Assembly (NCBI GenBank): GCA_045837725.1
Contig: JBEWZL010000308.1
Location: 1-64,000, forward strand
Origin: Vermamoeba vermiformis
Lineage: Eukaryota
Direction: 5' to 3'
Length of the DNA: 64,000 bases
The notes beneath the pieces are model-generated. The model did no database searches and was not told where the DNA came from. It saw only the letters and a program-made list of their open reading frames with translations. Positions 63,251-64,000 of this stretch are shown piece by piece (positions within the stretch are counted from its first letter, which is position 1; the number at the start of each line of letters is the position of its first letter). The translations under genes and the position numbers were made by a program.

Positions 63251-63893
63251 GTACAGCGGTCATAAGGATGAAAAAGAACACATGGAATCGTTGGTGACAT
63301 TAAAGGACTTTACAACGGTTGCGCTGGATTCAAAAAGAAACATGCCGTTCGTACGTGCCAAAGACCAATAATGATTCGTACTAACGTATCTTGTTTAAGC
63401 CCCGGCCAGAATCAGCCGCTGGTCAAGAAAAACCTCCTACATCCAGATCTTCGTACGAAATTTGGTGAGTGAGCCTTCGTTTGACTTTTGCGATTGCAAG
63501 TCTTGTAAGTACCTATAATTATAGTCATATAATGTCTCAAATCGCTAATATTATTTGGTGTCGCTTCATTAGTTATGCTCGGATTCAACATCCACCACAA
63601 AATAACGGGACCGTAAGTCAAAGAGACCTAGCCCACCCCAAAACTTTAGGCAGTCCAGTTGGCGACCCTAATTTCACGTGGCAAATGTGATTGTGAATTC
63701 TTGGTCTGGTTAATGATTGGCTGACACAAGGCGTTAAAAACTAAAGTCACGTCAGTAATTTTATTATTTGGTCCTACAAACGTGATCAACACAAAAGGTA
63801 CGCTTCATTATAAATAGAGGGAAAATCAATTATTTGAAATTAATTGTTTTTGGATCTCGTAACACGGATTTGATACTGATCCTGACTTTTTAG

Positions 63894-64000
63894 GCATGGA
63901 AGCACTTGAAGGATTGCTTAGCTCGCTTAAAAAGCGCGTCTATAATAGCTTCGAAGAGGCCAATGCACAACTCGAAGAAGTCATCAAACTTCGAGATGCG
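63894..64000 (+). CDS. Coding exon of an unidentified gene running off the window
   Basis: Acceptor CTGACTTTTTAG followed by an open frame MEALEGLLSSLKKRVYNSFEEANAQLEEVIKLRDA. Confidence 0.45.

Overview
Gene-dense, intron-rich nuclear DNA from a eukaryotic microbe. It uses the standard genetic code and has short GT-AG introns with CTAAY/CTGAC branch points. The gene content (hybrid histidine kinase, Clu-domain protein, VIT-vWA protein, AGMO, divergent beta-tubulin, a U12 intron) suggests an amoebozoan-like protist, but this is inference only. By joining exons by hand I find about 23 protein-coding genes, one intronic tRNA-Lys(CTT), one frameshifted SAM/P-loop NTPase pseudogene and a probable decayed kinase. 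Most interesting: (1) a VIT-vWA (VWA5A-like) protein with an inserted 14-3-3 domain whose phosphate-binding pocket appears charge-reversed; (2) an Elongin-C-like domain fused directly to a BC-box/Elongin-A-like segment and LRRs; (3) a Hop/STI1 TPR1 domain fused to an apparently catalytically dead DHDPS-type barrel; (4) a canonical AT-AC minor-spliceosome intron; (5) a candidate poison exon in an SRSF7-like gene; (6) local CpG depletion confined to the pseudogene. All domain calls are by-eye motif recognition, not database searches. Gene ends assembled across introns may be off by an exon.
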